DNA from: a virus
Strand: one strand, 5' to 3'
DNA: 64,000 bases
Virus record (IMG/VR): IMGVR_UViG_3300030361_000024
Shown: in pieces, positions 1 to 8,054 of the stretch
Layout: each line of letters begins with the position of its first letter
Position numbering within the stretch: the first letter of the stretch is position 1
The notes under the pieces: model-generated
Told to the model about the DNA's origin: nothing
What the model saw: the letters and a program-made list of their open reading frames with translations, nothing else
Database searches by the model: none
Position numbers and translations under genes: made by a program

Positions 1-58
1 GACATTTTCGGTTGACGCACTCCGCACTGCAAAACGTCTTGTCCAGATAACAGATCAT
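1..58 (-). CDS. partial small Cys-rich protein (first 19 codons; continues past window start), possibly FCS-type zinc finger
   Basis: ATG 58-56 overlaps the TGA (57-55) of the upstream micro-ORF (ATGA coupling). It reads MICYLDKTFCSAECVNRKC... and is truncated by the window edge. Confidence 0.3.
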   Translation of the reverse strand, partial: MICYLDKTFCSAECVNRKC

Positions 59-225
59 TCATTATCCACCCTGTCTAAAATTTCTAGCGCCTGAGATGGG
101 AACACGTTTTCCACCCAGTCCCTGTATTCTTCATGCAACTGCTCTGCGATAGCCCCGCTTTCCTTTACGCCCCAATGGTATAGGACTGACTCAAATCTCT
201 CTTGCAGCGTCAAATCTTTAGCCAT
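55..225 (-). CDS. hypothetical small protein (56 aa)
   Basis: Below the track cutoff. ATG 225-223 overlaps the TAA of the upstream ORF (TAATG). It reads MAKDLTLQERFESVLYHWGVKESGAIAEQLHEEYRDWVENVFPSQALEILDRVDNE, which has protein-like composition. Confidence 0.45.
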   Translation of the reverse strand: MAKDLTLQERFESVLYHWGVKESGAIAEQLHEEYRDWVENVFPSQALEILDRVDNE

Positions 226-362
226 TAGAACACAGGCTCCCCATCCTTAATCCAGTATTGCAGATTGGCAATCACAACCCCGTTTCGGTCATACACATAC
301 GGGGCTTCCTTTGTGGACAACATTCCTTGCGCGTGCAAATCAGCGCTCATGTCTGGTGGCAT
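225..362 (-). CDS. hypothetical small protein (45 aa)
   Basis: Track ORF 225..455 trimmed to Met32 (ATG 362-360), which is preceded by a GAGGAG RBS. The longer version would overlap the 400..675 gene. Confidence 0.45.
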   Translation of the reverse strand: MPPDMSADLHAQGMLSTKEAPYVYDRNGVVIANLQYWIKDGEPVF

Positions 363-399
363 TTTATTATCTCCTCTATGTAAGTGACCTAATTCATTT

Positions 400-675
400 T
401 CACTGGAGCAGGCTAATAACGTAGCCCATGCCAAAGAACATGGTGACTTTAACAACCGTGCTCAAAGTCACCATCCACAGATTGTCATTTTCGTCATCGA
501 CACTTTGGATGACAAGCAAGGTAATAAGAGTAGTGATCCCCCATGAGTATACAAACTCAAGCTGGTGAAAGTTGAACGCCGGGACAACATGCCAGTTGAA
601 TAGCTTCATAACTACAAACGCTTTGTACATCGACAGTGGGAACCAAAGCGCAATCGCGGTCAAAAATTTAAGCAT
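400..675 (-). CDS. small integral membrane protein (91 aa)
   Basis: It has about three hydrophobic segments (LTAIALWFPL, WGITTLITLLVI, VTMFFGMGYVISLL) and lies directly downstream of the RNR gene on the same strand. Confidence 0.6.
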   Translation of the reverse strand: MLKFLTAIALWFPLSMYKAFVVMKLFNWHVVPAFNFHQLEFVYSWGITTLITLLVIQSVDDENDNLWMVTLSTVVKVTMFFGMGYVISLLQ

Positions 676-732
676 CTTTTCTCTCCTAAGTGTTAGACCT
701 ACCCCATTTCTAGAGTAGGTCTGTGTTGCTGT

Positions 733-3585
733 CTAGGTCAAATCTACGATTTCACAAACTCCGGCGCTACAGGCTAGAGTGCTAGACCCTTTGGTCGTGT
801 CTTCGCGCTCGAACTCAGCTAGGCCAGACCAGTCAATCGCGCTGGGCATCTTGGCAAGCATGGCCTCGTATTCCTCGCGTGTGCAGTCCTGATATGGTGC
901 CTGCTGGTACGTGTGATCCGAGTGAGGCAGGAAGCTAATCCCGCTAACCTCATCAAAGTGCTTGTAGACCCAAGCGCCAACTTCAAGCCACTCATGATCT
1001 CGCACAGAAACCGTAACAGACGGCTTATGCTCACACCAGTGACGCTGATATGTCAGCCAGAACTCAAGCTGTTCCAGGGCTGTCATGTCGTTGCGCGTGA
1101 TAGCACCTTCTGGCGACTTCATAGGGAAGCTGAAAACCGTAGTGGTATCAGGCTTCATCACGTCAGGCTCATTGGGAATGCCCTGCGACTTCATGAACTC
1201 CGTCAGCGGATCTTTGTTGTCACCTCGAACAGTTCGGATGTAGTAGTCGCTGTGACGCGCGTGGATGCCGCTTGCGGTATCTGTTAGCTGGCTAACCGTT
1301 CCCGATGGCTTCACACACGTGATAGCTGCCGACTGTGGAATGCCAAGGCGTTCTGCCCATTCCTTGTTGGTGTCGATTGCGGTTTGGCGGAGGGTGTCCA
1401 AAACTCGCGGCAGAGGGGGCTCTGAGTAACCGCACATGCCTACATCATTAAGTACTGAACAATCCATAATACCTGTTAGGCTTACACCAAGAAGGCGCTC
1501 CTCTTCAGTATTCTCACGCCAAATATCGCGCAGATACGGGAAGTGGGTGTAGGTGCTTTGGATGGTGCCAAGGATGGTGGCCAGTTTTACCTTTCGTTTC
1601 AGGTCTTCAAGCGTATCATCTGCACGGCATACTACCTCTGTTAGATTGCAAAAGGAATACGGGCGCAAGATAATTTCACTATTTCCTGTCACAATGCCAT
1701 TAAATGTCCCGCGCGACGTTTCAGGCTCAGTGAAGCAATACGTCATCTCATAGCGGTCAAGAGGCTCAATCGAAGCAACGCGAACAAACCGACGCGCATC
1801 ACGCTGAGGGCTTTTGCCATTGTGATCAAGTCGGCTCAGGTTAAGACCCATTTCCATGAGGTCGTAAGCGTCAGAGCTGTTAATCAGGATGCGCTTTGAC
1901 TCTTTGCAGAAGTACTCCTTCATGCCGCCGCGACCGTCAGGCATTTCACGATAGCCAGCGGGTGCTGCAGCTACAACCTTGGCTCGGACTCCCATAGTGG
2001 TAAGCATGAGGCGAAGGCGGTCCAGAAAATCGTGGTCAACAGACGCCAACTGGAACGAAACGCCATGTGTGCTGCGTAGAATTGTTCCGTCAGCATCAAG
2101 AAGCCCAGCCAGCCAGTTCAAGCGATATTCCAGCGTTGCATCCATAGGCACGAATGACTTGTCCATCATAGGCCCGTGATTCCACACTTTGCGCTCAGTT
2201 TTCGAACCGTCTGGGTAAACTTTGCCAATCAAGCGGTCAATGCATGGATACTTAGGCTCATAGACCCAAGAGCGTGTCATGCCCTTGTTGCCATCCCCGG
2301 AGTAGAAGCCTTGAGAGTAAGCATCAATCTGGGGATCATTGTCACCTTCAACGACAGGCATATCAAACTTTTCAAGCTTGTCGCCAACTTTGATATCGCT
2401 GGTCTCGACAAAACCCTTCCCGTCAATCACCCAGCGGTGATTCCAGGTACAATCAAGATATGATCCATCAGTCAATGTGACGCGAACAAGGTCAGCTTCA
2501 CCGGCAGCATATGGAACTACAGTGGCCCAGTTTTCACCGTTCCAGATTTCAGTTTCCTCGCCAACAGTTTCAACGATTGGCTTGTATCCGCTGGACGTCA
2601 GGATTTCGGTCTCAGGCGAGCAACAGCATGGATTTGTCCCGAAGTCCCAATCAGTATCACGGCGACCATTCTTAGCAGCCTGATTAACGCTTGCTTGCCG
2701 ATTGAAGATGCCGCGCTCACCGGACTTGCTTTCCATCAGGGCCAGCCATTCACGCATAAAGCTTTCCGCGTCGGGCTTGTCGGTGAATGCAACGGAGTTG
2801 TTGGCAAGAGCGCGCTGAGGATCAGTCACCCACCACTGGCCTGACTTGGCATGGCGCATACGGTCATCACTGAGGTTGCTGAGGCTAATCATAGCAGAGC
2901 GACGAACGCCACCCACAACCACAATCTCGCCAATCTTACACATCAGGTCGTGACACTCGATGGATGTCAGCTTGCGGCCCTGTGCTTTCTTGAATACGCC
3001 AATGGTGAAGTTAAACAGATCAACCAGCGGATCAGGGCCAGAAGCGCGACCGCCAAATGTCTTGAGCTTGGCACCTGCGGGGCGGACTGCAGACACGTCC
3101 CACGTGGGGGTATGACCGGACCACAAGTGTTCTAGCAGTTCACGATATGATTTGGCCCATCCCTCCTTACTGTCTTCAACGACAATAACCGGCACATCAC
3201 CATCCATCTTCTCAGGCACTTCTGGAAGCTTGTTTACATACTGCCGCTCAACACTGAAGCCCACGCCAGTGCCACACAGCAGGATAAACATTGCCTCATC
3301 AAACGAGCGCGGATGATCTACTGGCAGGTATGAGCAGTTGTAGATGCAAGTATTGTCTCGATCAGCAGCAGGACCAGCGGTCATCAGTGCGCGCATCGAC
3401 GGGGCAGTTTCCAGACCACGAATAGCTTGGCTCAGTTCTTCAACAGTCTCGGCATCAGCGCCAGACGGAACGACGATATTCTCAATATATCGGTCTACAG
3501 TTTCATCCCAAGTTTCTCGCCGGTTTTCTTCTGGCAGCCATCGTGCATAGCGGCTTACCGCGATAAACTTCTGATAGTCATTCAT
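733..3585 (-). CDS. nrdJ: class II (adenosylcobalamin-type) ribonucleotide reductase, intein-containing
   Basis: 950 aa from ATG 3585; the track start at 3588 is a TTG. The catalytic TNPC-x-EI site is split as FGTNPC | intein | SEIILRPYSFCNL. There is a C-terminal Cys pair (CSAGVCEIV). The host protein is about 635 aa once the insert is removed. Confidence 0.9.
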   Translation of the reverse strand: MNDYQKFIAVSRYARWLPEENRRETWDETVDRYIENIVVPSGADAETVEELSQAIRGLETAPSMRALMTAGPAADRDNTCIYNCSYLPVDHPRSFDEAMFILLCGTGVGFSVERQYVNKLPEVPEKMDGDVPVIVVEDSKEGWAKSYRELLEHLWSGHTPTWDVSAVRPAGAKLKTFGGRASGPDPLVDLFNFTIGVFKKAQGRKLTSIECHDLMCKIGEIVVVGGVRRSAMISLSNLSDDRMRHAKSGQWWVTDPQRALANNSVAFTDKPDAESFMREWLALMESKSGERGIFNRQASVNQAAKNGRRDTDWDFGTNPCCCSPETEILTSSGYKPIVETVGEETEIWNGENWATVVPYAAGEADLVRVTLTDGSYLDCTWNHRWVIDGKGFVETSDIKVGDKLEKFDMPVVEGDNDPQIDAYSQGFYSGDGNKGMTRSWVYEPKYPCIDRLIGKVYPDGSKTERKVWNHGPMMDKSFVPMDATLEYRLNWLAGLLDADGTILRSTHGVSFQLASVDHDFLDRLRLMLTTMGVRAKVVAAAPAGYREMPDGRGGMKEYFCKESKRILINSSDAYDLMEMGLNLSRLDHNGKSPQRDARRFVRVASIEPLDRYEMTYCFTEPETSRGTFNGIVTGNSEIILRPYSFCNLTEVVCRADDTLEDLKRKVKLATILGTIQSTYTHFPYLRDIWRENTEEERLLGVSLTGIMDCSVLNDVGMCGYSEPPLPRVLDTLRQTAIDTNKEWAERLGIPQSAAITCVKPSGTVSQLTDTASGIHARHSDYYIRTVRGDNKDPLTEFMKSQGIPNEPDVMKPDTTTVFSFPMKSPEGAITRNDMTALEQLEFWLTYQRHWCEHKPSVTVSVRDHEWLEVGAWVYKHFDEVSGISFLPHSDHTYQQAPYQDCTREEYEAMLAKMPSAIDWSGLAEFEREDTTKGSSTLACSAGVCEIVDLT
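1681..2625 (-). mobile_element. LAGLIDADG-type intein inside nrdJ (315 aa, aa 322-636)
   Basis: In-frame insert at the active-site Cys. It starts CCSPETEILT (block A, Cys1), carries TWNH (block B TxxH) and an LAGLLDADG endonuclease motif (aa 493-501), and ends FNGIVTGN followed by Ser+1. Confidence 0.85.
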
Positions 3586-3680
3586 CAAAGTTTCAATTCC
3601 TTCTCTATGATGTTCAAGATGGCCTTACGCGCCTGAACTTCGGGCACGACATAGTGTCGCCGTTTCAATTTCTGCGCCAT
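3585..3680 (-). CDS. possible 31-aa basic micro-ORF coupled to nrdJ
   Basis: It reads MAQKLKRRHYVVPEVQARKAILNIIEKELKL. Its TGA (3587-3585) overlaps the nrdJ ATG (TGATG). The RBS is weak and the ORF is very short. Confidence 0.25.
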   Translation of the reverse strand: MAQKLKRRHYVVPEVQARKAILNIIEKELKL

Positions 3681-3684
3681 CACT

Positions 3685-4161
3685 TCACAGCGCCACGAAT
3701 GTTTTGAACATAAGCCACTTAGCACAGTGGTTATATGCGTCAATGCCAATGCCGTGATCTGCGTTTACAAGGAATGCGCGCTTATGATCAATCTTGACAT
3801 CATCCAAAGCGACCCAGAGCATGTTGTCTGTTTTGTTGCGGTCTAGCCACTCATTGATTGCAGTCAGCCTGTCTACATCTGGGTAGACCGTATGCATATC
3901 CTCATGTAGGTCATCACCAAATCCAGCGGCTACAAATTGATTGATCAGCCCTGGAATCCTGCCGTGTTGATGGAGATGCCTATTGTGAGTCGTGTTGAAC
4001 ACAATCTTAGCGCCCGACGCATCAATGATTTTCCGCAAAACAGCGACACACCTATCGTCTAGCTCCTGCTCCCAGGAGGCCATCTTGTTGAACAGAAATG
4101 ACGTGTATGGAATCATAGGTCCATCAATGTCTAGGAATATTACTTTATCCGGCATCTTCAC
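3685..4161 (-). CDS. HAD-superfamily-like hydrolase or phosphatase
   Basis: 158 aa. The N-terminal VIFLDIDGP matches HAD motif I (DxDG). It has a 4-nt overlap with dut and sits in the nucleotide-metabolism operon. Confidence 0.55.
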   Translation of the reverse strand: MKMPDKVIFLDIDGPMIPYTSFLFNKMASWEQELDDRCVAVLRKIIDASGAKIVFNTTHNRHLHQHGRIPGLINQFVAAGFGDDLHEDMHTVYPDVDRLTAINEWLDRNKTDNMLWVALDDVKIDHKRAFLVNADHGIGIDAYNHCAKWLMFKTFVAL

Positions 4162-4592
4162 TCTCCCGTTGACCCGAAACCGCCGGTCCCGCGCTCTGTT
4201 TGTTTTTCAATCTCTTCAACCTCAACAATGTTGGTTTCGACATTCTTGACCAGCATAGCTTGTGCAATCCGCTCGCCTACTTTGGGGAAGTACAAAAAGA
4301 TCCCGGCTGTGCCATCATATGTCAGCTTAACTTTGACCTCGCCAAGGTAATCCGCATCAATCACCCCAACCGCATTAGCAAGACGCATATCGCCCTTAAA
4401 CCCATGCCCGCTGCGGCTGTAGATCTTCACATGGTACCCGTCCGGGATATCCATGATAAGACCGGTTCCGTATGTCGCGGTATTCCCACGGATTTCACGC
4501 GACACTGCCACCAGATCAAAGCAAGCCGCGCCATCAGTCTGGAACGCAGGAATCTCCGCGTCTTCATGAATGCGCTTAATTCGCAGATCCAT
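4158..4592 (-). CDS. dut: dUTP pyrophosphatase
   Basis: Track ORF trimmed to Met34 (ATG 4592) behind an AAGGAG RBS; 144 aa. Motifs present are AACFDL, SRSG, GVIDADYLGEV and a C-terminal RGTGGFGSTG. Confidence 0.9.
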   Translation of the reverse strand: MDLRIKRIHEDAEIPAFQTDGAACFDLVAVSREIRGNTATYGTGLIMDIPDGYHVKIYSRSGHGFKGDMRLANAVGVIDADYLGEVKVKLTYDGTAGIFLYFPKVGERIAQAMLVKNVETNIVEVEEIEKQTERGTGGFGSTGE

Positions 4593-4816
4593 ATATAGTA
4601 CTCCTTTATCAGGGTGAACGCCAAATGTAGCCGAAAACAGCCAAAACGGCAAGTCATCACGCCGCGTAAAACGCACTATTAGACGTGACAAAATGTGACC
4701 TGATTGACTCTCCTCGTGCCATCACCACTACCACCGTAAATAGCGCCGGTCAACGCAAAACCGCTATACTTCCGGTTTATGTCGTGCTATCCATATAGCA
4801 GAGCAATGGAGGTCAC

Positions 4817-5047
4817 ATGACAGAAGAACAGAAGATCAATGTCCGCGTAGGTCAGAACATCCGGAACATCCGCAAGGAGCGCGGATTGAGCCAGGGGCAG
4901 ACGGGCAAGCTAATCGGGGTCAGCTTTCAGCAGATCCAGAAGTATGAGACTGGCACAAACCGTGTGAGCGCGCCGAAGCTGGTTCTACTGGCTAGGGAGT
5001 TGGACGTGTCGCTTATGGACTTGTTTGAAGGCGTGGAGGGTGTGTAA
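4817..5047 (+). CDS. XRE-family helix-turn-helix regulator
   Basis: 76 aa with the HTH_3 pattern IRNIRKERGLSQGQTGKLIGVSFQQIQKYETGTNRVS. It is divergent from the dut operon. Confidence 0.85.
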   Translation: MTEEQKINVRVGQNIRNIRKERGLSQGQTGKLIGVSFQQIQKYETGTNRVSAPKLVLLARELDVSLMDLFEGVEGV

Positions 5048-5346
5048 TGGCTAAGATCTACCTATCAGGCCCAATGACCGGACTGCCTGAACACAACTAC
5101 CCGCGCTTTCATGAGGTGGCGGCTAAACTGCGCGATGAAGGCCATGACGTATACAACCCGGCGGAGTATGCGTGGGAGGGTGAATTTCCCATCCGTACTG
5201 CGTTTGCCGAATATACGTCTGTCATCTGCACGTGGGCGGACACGATTGTATTGCTGGAGGGCTGGCAAGACTCGCGCGGCGTTGCTGTTGAGCTGCTGCT
5301 GGCTGAGATTTGTGGACTAACGGTGAAGGAATGGAGCGATGACTGA
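5047..5346 (+). CDS. DUF4406 / nucleoside 2-deoxyribosyltransferase-like protein
   Basis: 99 aa. KIYLSGPMTGLPEHNYPRF...GHDVYNPA...IVLLEGWQDSRGV fits the N-deoxyribosyltransferase-like fold signature. TAATG overlap with the XRE gene. Confidence 0.65.
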   Translation: MAKIYLSGPMTGLPEHNYPRFHEVAAKLRDEGHDVYNPAEYAWEGEFPIRTAFAEYTSVICTWADTIVLLEGWQDSRGVAVELLLAEICGLTVKEWSDD

Positions 5347-5683
5347 GCAAAATATTTTGGCTGTCCTTTTTGCTTTCTTTTTATGTGCAGCCTACTTTTG
5401 TAGGAAGGAGAGCGAGAAAAGGGCTAGGCGAAGATCAAAAGAGCTGGCTAGAACTATACAAGAAGTTGGGAAACAGGAGATGGAACAGATGAAGACTAAC
5501 AACGGTCACGGGCTTGAATGCCTGCACATGACATACGTACTGCGCGACATGCTTCACACATATGTAGAGGACACTCTGTGGGTCGGGGCGCATCCTGAAC
5601 TGCGAGAAGCCATTGACAATGCGTCTGACGCGCTGGGCGTTCTGTATCAGGAAATCGGCAAGAGTATGCCTGACGATAAGTAA
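5339..5683 (+). CDS. hypothetical membrane-anchored protein (114 aa)
   Basis: It has an N-terminal hydrophobic helix (ILAVLFAFFLCAAYF) followed by a charged region. It overlaps the upstream gene by 8 nt and is followed by a terminator. Confidence 0.55.
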   Translation: MTEQNILAVLFAFFLCAAYFCRKESEKRARRRSKELARTIQEVGKQEMEQMKTNNGHGLECLHMTYVLRDMLHTYVEDTLWVGAHPELREAIDNASDALGVLYQEIGKSMPDDK

Positions 5684-5690
5684 TAAAAAG

Positions 5691-5719
5691 CCCCCGCCGA
5701 TTGAGCGGGGGTTCTTCTT
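5691..5719. terminator. bidirectional intrinsic terminator
   Basis: CCCCCGC (5691-5697) pairs with GCGGGGG (5705-5711) around a 7-nt loop. An A-run lies upstream and TTCTTCTT downstream, between converging transcription units. Confidence 0.75.
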
Positions 5720-5726
5720 ATGCGCC

Positions 5727-5782
5727 TAACGTTCACTCTAGGTTACGCTATCCCGGATTAACGTTCTGTTTAAGTTACGTTA
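5727..5782. promoter_or_regulatory. tandem 24-nt imperfect repeats with GTTC-N7-GTTA cores (alphaproteobacterial LexA-box-like)
   Basis: The repeats are TAACGTTCACTCTAGGTTACGCTA (5727-5750) and TAACGTTCTGTTTAAGTTACGTTA (5759-5782); 19 of 24 positions are identical and the starts are 32 nt apart. Confidence 0.3.
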
Positions 5783-5973
5783 GCCGGAGTATCATGCGCA
5801 TAGATCATACGCATTTGCCTTCTAGCCAAGCGCGACCTTGTTTAGTCAGATATGCAAAGCCTAGCGCCCATCCTGTAAGGCCCTCTTGATTCAATTGGCA
5901 ATACTGTGAATACCATCGCTTGTGGCAAGCATTAGGTGATTTTGCTAGGTACAAAAGTCTACGACGCCTAGTG

Positions 5974-6243
5974 TCATTCACGACTAGCAGCCTCCCCAGC
6001 CAATGCAGCATACGCAGCCCCATCAATAAAGCTGTCCGCCCGATAGCCGCCCTGGTTGGATCGCACCAGCTTCAGCACCTCCATAAACTGCCAGCCCTGT
6101 TGCTCTGTCATGGAAACGCCTGTGATGGCTTGGAACGCTGTGACGGTTGCCGCCATGCTGCGCTCGCCTTCAGGCTTGTCATAAGTCTTGGCTCGGTCTT
6201 CCATTTCCGATGCCGCTTGTTTCAGTACTTCATTTGCCTTCAT
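5974..6243 (-). CDS. DUF6378-like phage protein (89 aa)
   Basis: Track ORF trimmed to Met35 (ATG 6243, GGAG RBS). The pattern is DRAKTYDKPEGERSM...WQFMEVLKLVRS...ADSFIDGAAYAAL. Confidence 0.6.
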   Translation of the reverse strand: MKANEVLKQAASEMEDRAKTYDKPEGERSMAATVTAFQAITGVSMTEQQGWQFMEVLKLVRSNQGGYRADSFIDGAAYAALAGEAASRE

Positions 6244-6424
6244 CTTTGATCTCCGCTTCTGCATGGTATGTTTCTGTGACCCTAAACAGGGAAGACAAGG
6301 GATATTTTTCAACGTATCCATCCATTTGGACGCAATACATCTCACCCTTTGTATAAGTGTTTACGCAAACCCTTTTTATTGGCTGGCTAGTCTCATTTCT
6401 GTGGATGTTCACAATCATTCTCAT
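6230..6424 (-). CDS. hypothetical protein (64 aa)
   Basis: Track ORF 6230..6727 trimmed to Met102 (ATG 6424) behind an AGGAG RBS. The upstream 100 codons overlap the 391-aa gene and look non-coding. Confidence 0.5.
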   Translation of the reverse strand: MRMIVNIHRNETSQPIKRVCVNTYTKGEMYCVQMDGYVEKYPLSSLFRVTETYHAEAEIKDEGK

Positions 6425-6434
6425 GTTTAATCTC

Positions 6435-7610
6435 CTAGAACCACTCTGTAAGTCTGTCTTTTTGCCCCTCGTGCGGGCAGTGAATAAATGCTTCAACCGC
6501 TTGCCGGTTAACGTAGCCCTTCTCCATATGCCAGCTATCAGGCGAACTGGGGGACCGGATGTATTCAGCAACCATACCCTGACCCTCAACGCGCGCCGCC
6601 CCAAAGCTAACTTGAGTGAATGCCGTGTGATCTTTCTCGGACTGAAAAACATCAATGCCACGCAGCTTGCGGATTTTATGGTGAAAATGGTGAAGGTACG
6701 CATAAAGCAAATCACATTGACCCACAAGATTCTTGCCCTGCTTCAGGAATAGGCTAGTAAGGCTTTCCTCTTTTGCCCCGTCACCGTGGGATAGCAGCAA
6801 GCCATTGCGACCGTAGCCGTAAAACTTTAGGTGTTTTTCTGACAGATTGTACGGAGTGGCGCGCACATTATCATGGTTTTTCACAGATGCAGCAATGGTT
6901 TGAGAGAGTGCCCAGCCAGAGCGCCAATCGTGGTTTGACATGCAGTGAAGCAGATCGACTTCAGCAAGTTCAGCACACTGCAGGATGGCATCAATGGAGG
7001 CGTGTTGTGCGGCCCGCCATGCGTTAAAATACGTCCCGTCCGTATCCTGTGGCGTTCCAGACGTGGTGGACTTCCCGTTATCCGTATGCAGGATGTCGTT
7101 CCCCATGACAAACAGAATGCGCCCCACATCGTCAGAACGGCGCAGTAGCTCCCTCGTGCCCTCAATGACGCGGTGTCGGGCTGCCTCTACATTATAGTCA
7201 TACCCTGTCTCTTCCGGCGTACACAGCTTGCCAAAGTGAACGTCTGCCAGATCCAAGACCATCAGCTTATCACCCTTGGCCCCGGTATTGACGCGAGGTG
7301 CGAAAAGCTTTCGGTCTAGCGGCTGGTAATCTTCTAGCGCGCTAATCAGCTTAGCCGCCATATCCTCAAAGTCTTTGCTTTTAGGCCGCAACTGGATGCT
7401 GTAGTTCTCATCCTTAATCCAGATCGTATCAGGCTCCATACCCGTTCCGACATGGTTCATCGCGGCCTGAATAGCAGGATCTTGCGCCGAAGCAGCTAGT
7501 CTCGACTTAACCTGTCGCTTGGTAAGCCCCATTTCTTCGGCAATCTCTGCGCGCGACAAGCCCTCAGCTTTAAGCCGTGCCGCTGTAATCTGTTCTTGTT
7601 TGATATCCAA
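6435..7610 (-). CDS. HTH domain fused to calcineurin-like metallophosphoesterase
   Basis: 391 aa with a TTG start 6 nt after AGGAGG. It has an N-terminal LuxR/sigma-region-4-like HTH (GLSRAEIAEEMGLTKRQVKSRL). Phosphoesterase motifs are LDLADVHFG, GNDILHTD, SNHDW, SHGDG and HHFHH. Confidence 0.75.
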   Translation of the reverse strand: MDIKQEQITAARLKAEGLSRAEIAEEMGLTKRQVKSRLAASAQDPAIQAAMNHVGTGMEPDTIWIKDENYSIQLRPKSKDFEDMAAKLISALEDYQPLDRKLFAPRVNTGAKGDKLMVLDLADVHFGKLCTPEETGYDYNVEAARHRVIEGTRELLRRSDDVGRILFVMGNDILHTDNGKSTTSGTPQDTDGTYFNAWRAAQHASIDAILQCAELAEVDLLHCMSNHDWRSGWALSQTIAASVKNHDNVRATPYNLSEKHLKFYGYGRNGLLLSHGDGAKEESLTSLFLKQGKNLVGQCDLLYAYLHHFHHKIRKLRGIDVFQSEKDHTAFTQVSFGAARVEGQGMVAEYIRSPSSPDSWHMEKGYVNRQAVEAFIHCPHEGQKDRLTEWF

Positions 7611-7670
7611 AGCAAACCTCCTACGTCTACACCAAAGGTTGTAGCACGATTGGCTTGCCCCGTAAACAGA

Positions 7671-7961
7671 TTAGGTCGCTGGTGGACCTACGTATTGGAA
7701 GGTGTCACCGCCGCTAACAATGCAGCTCACCCCATCCTCAACATAGGTGATAAGGACCGCCCAATAGCCGGTGATCTCATTGGCCCACTGTTCAACGTAG
7801 AAGTTCTTTTCCTTGCCAACGGTAACGCGATACATCCCAACGTCCTTCATGGCATTGTAGAACCCAGCGGATGAGCCGCAGTTATCAGGTAGCTCATTAG
7901 CATTGGCTGGGCTTGATACGATGAATAGCGCGATAAGCGCGGGTGCGAAATACTTGAGCAT
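7671..7961 (-). CDS. small secreted protein (96 aa)
   Basis: GGAGGG RBS; signal peptide MLKYFAPALIALFIVSSPANA^NE; two Cys in the mature part. Confidence 0.65.
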   Translation of the reverse strand: MLKYFAPALIALFIVSSPANANELPDNCGSSAGFYNAMKDVGMYRVTVGKEKNFYVEQWANEITGYWAVLITYVEDGVSCIVSGGDTFQYVGPPAT

Positions 7962-8009
7962 AACTGCCCTCCGTGTGTGGATACAGAGCGCAGGATTACG
8001 CCCGATGCC

Positions 8010-8018
8010 ACTATATCA
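8010..8018 (-). promoter_or_regulatory. extended -10 element (TGATATAGT) for the secreted-protein gene
   Basis: The minus strand reads TGATATAGT about 45 nt upstream of ATG 7961. No good -35 element is present. Confidence 0.3.
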
Positions 8019-8054
8019 CAAAAGTGCAATTGTTCATAATCGGACAAGGAAAGT

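Noticed and set aside
4692-4816. Operator or promoter elements in the dut / XRE divergent region (TTGACT at ~4707; a GCTATA...TATAGC inverted repeat at ~4764-4799).
   Set aside because: These elements are plausible but weak, with no convincing -10 at correct spacing, so they are not reported as features.
6230-6727. The full-length 165-aa track ORF, and similarly the full-length 46671..47339, 4158..4691, 225..455 and 10428..11783 ORFs.
   Set aside because: The N-terminal extensions overlap neighbouring well-supported genes, lack an RBS and look non-coding. Internal Met codons with good Shine-Dalgarno sequences give compact, non-overlapping genes.
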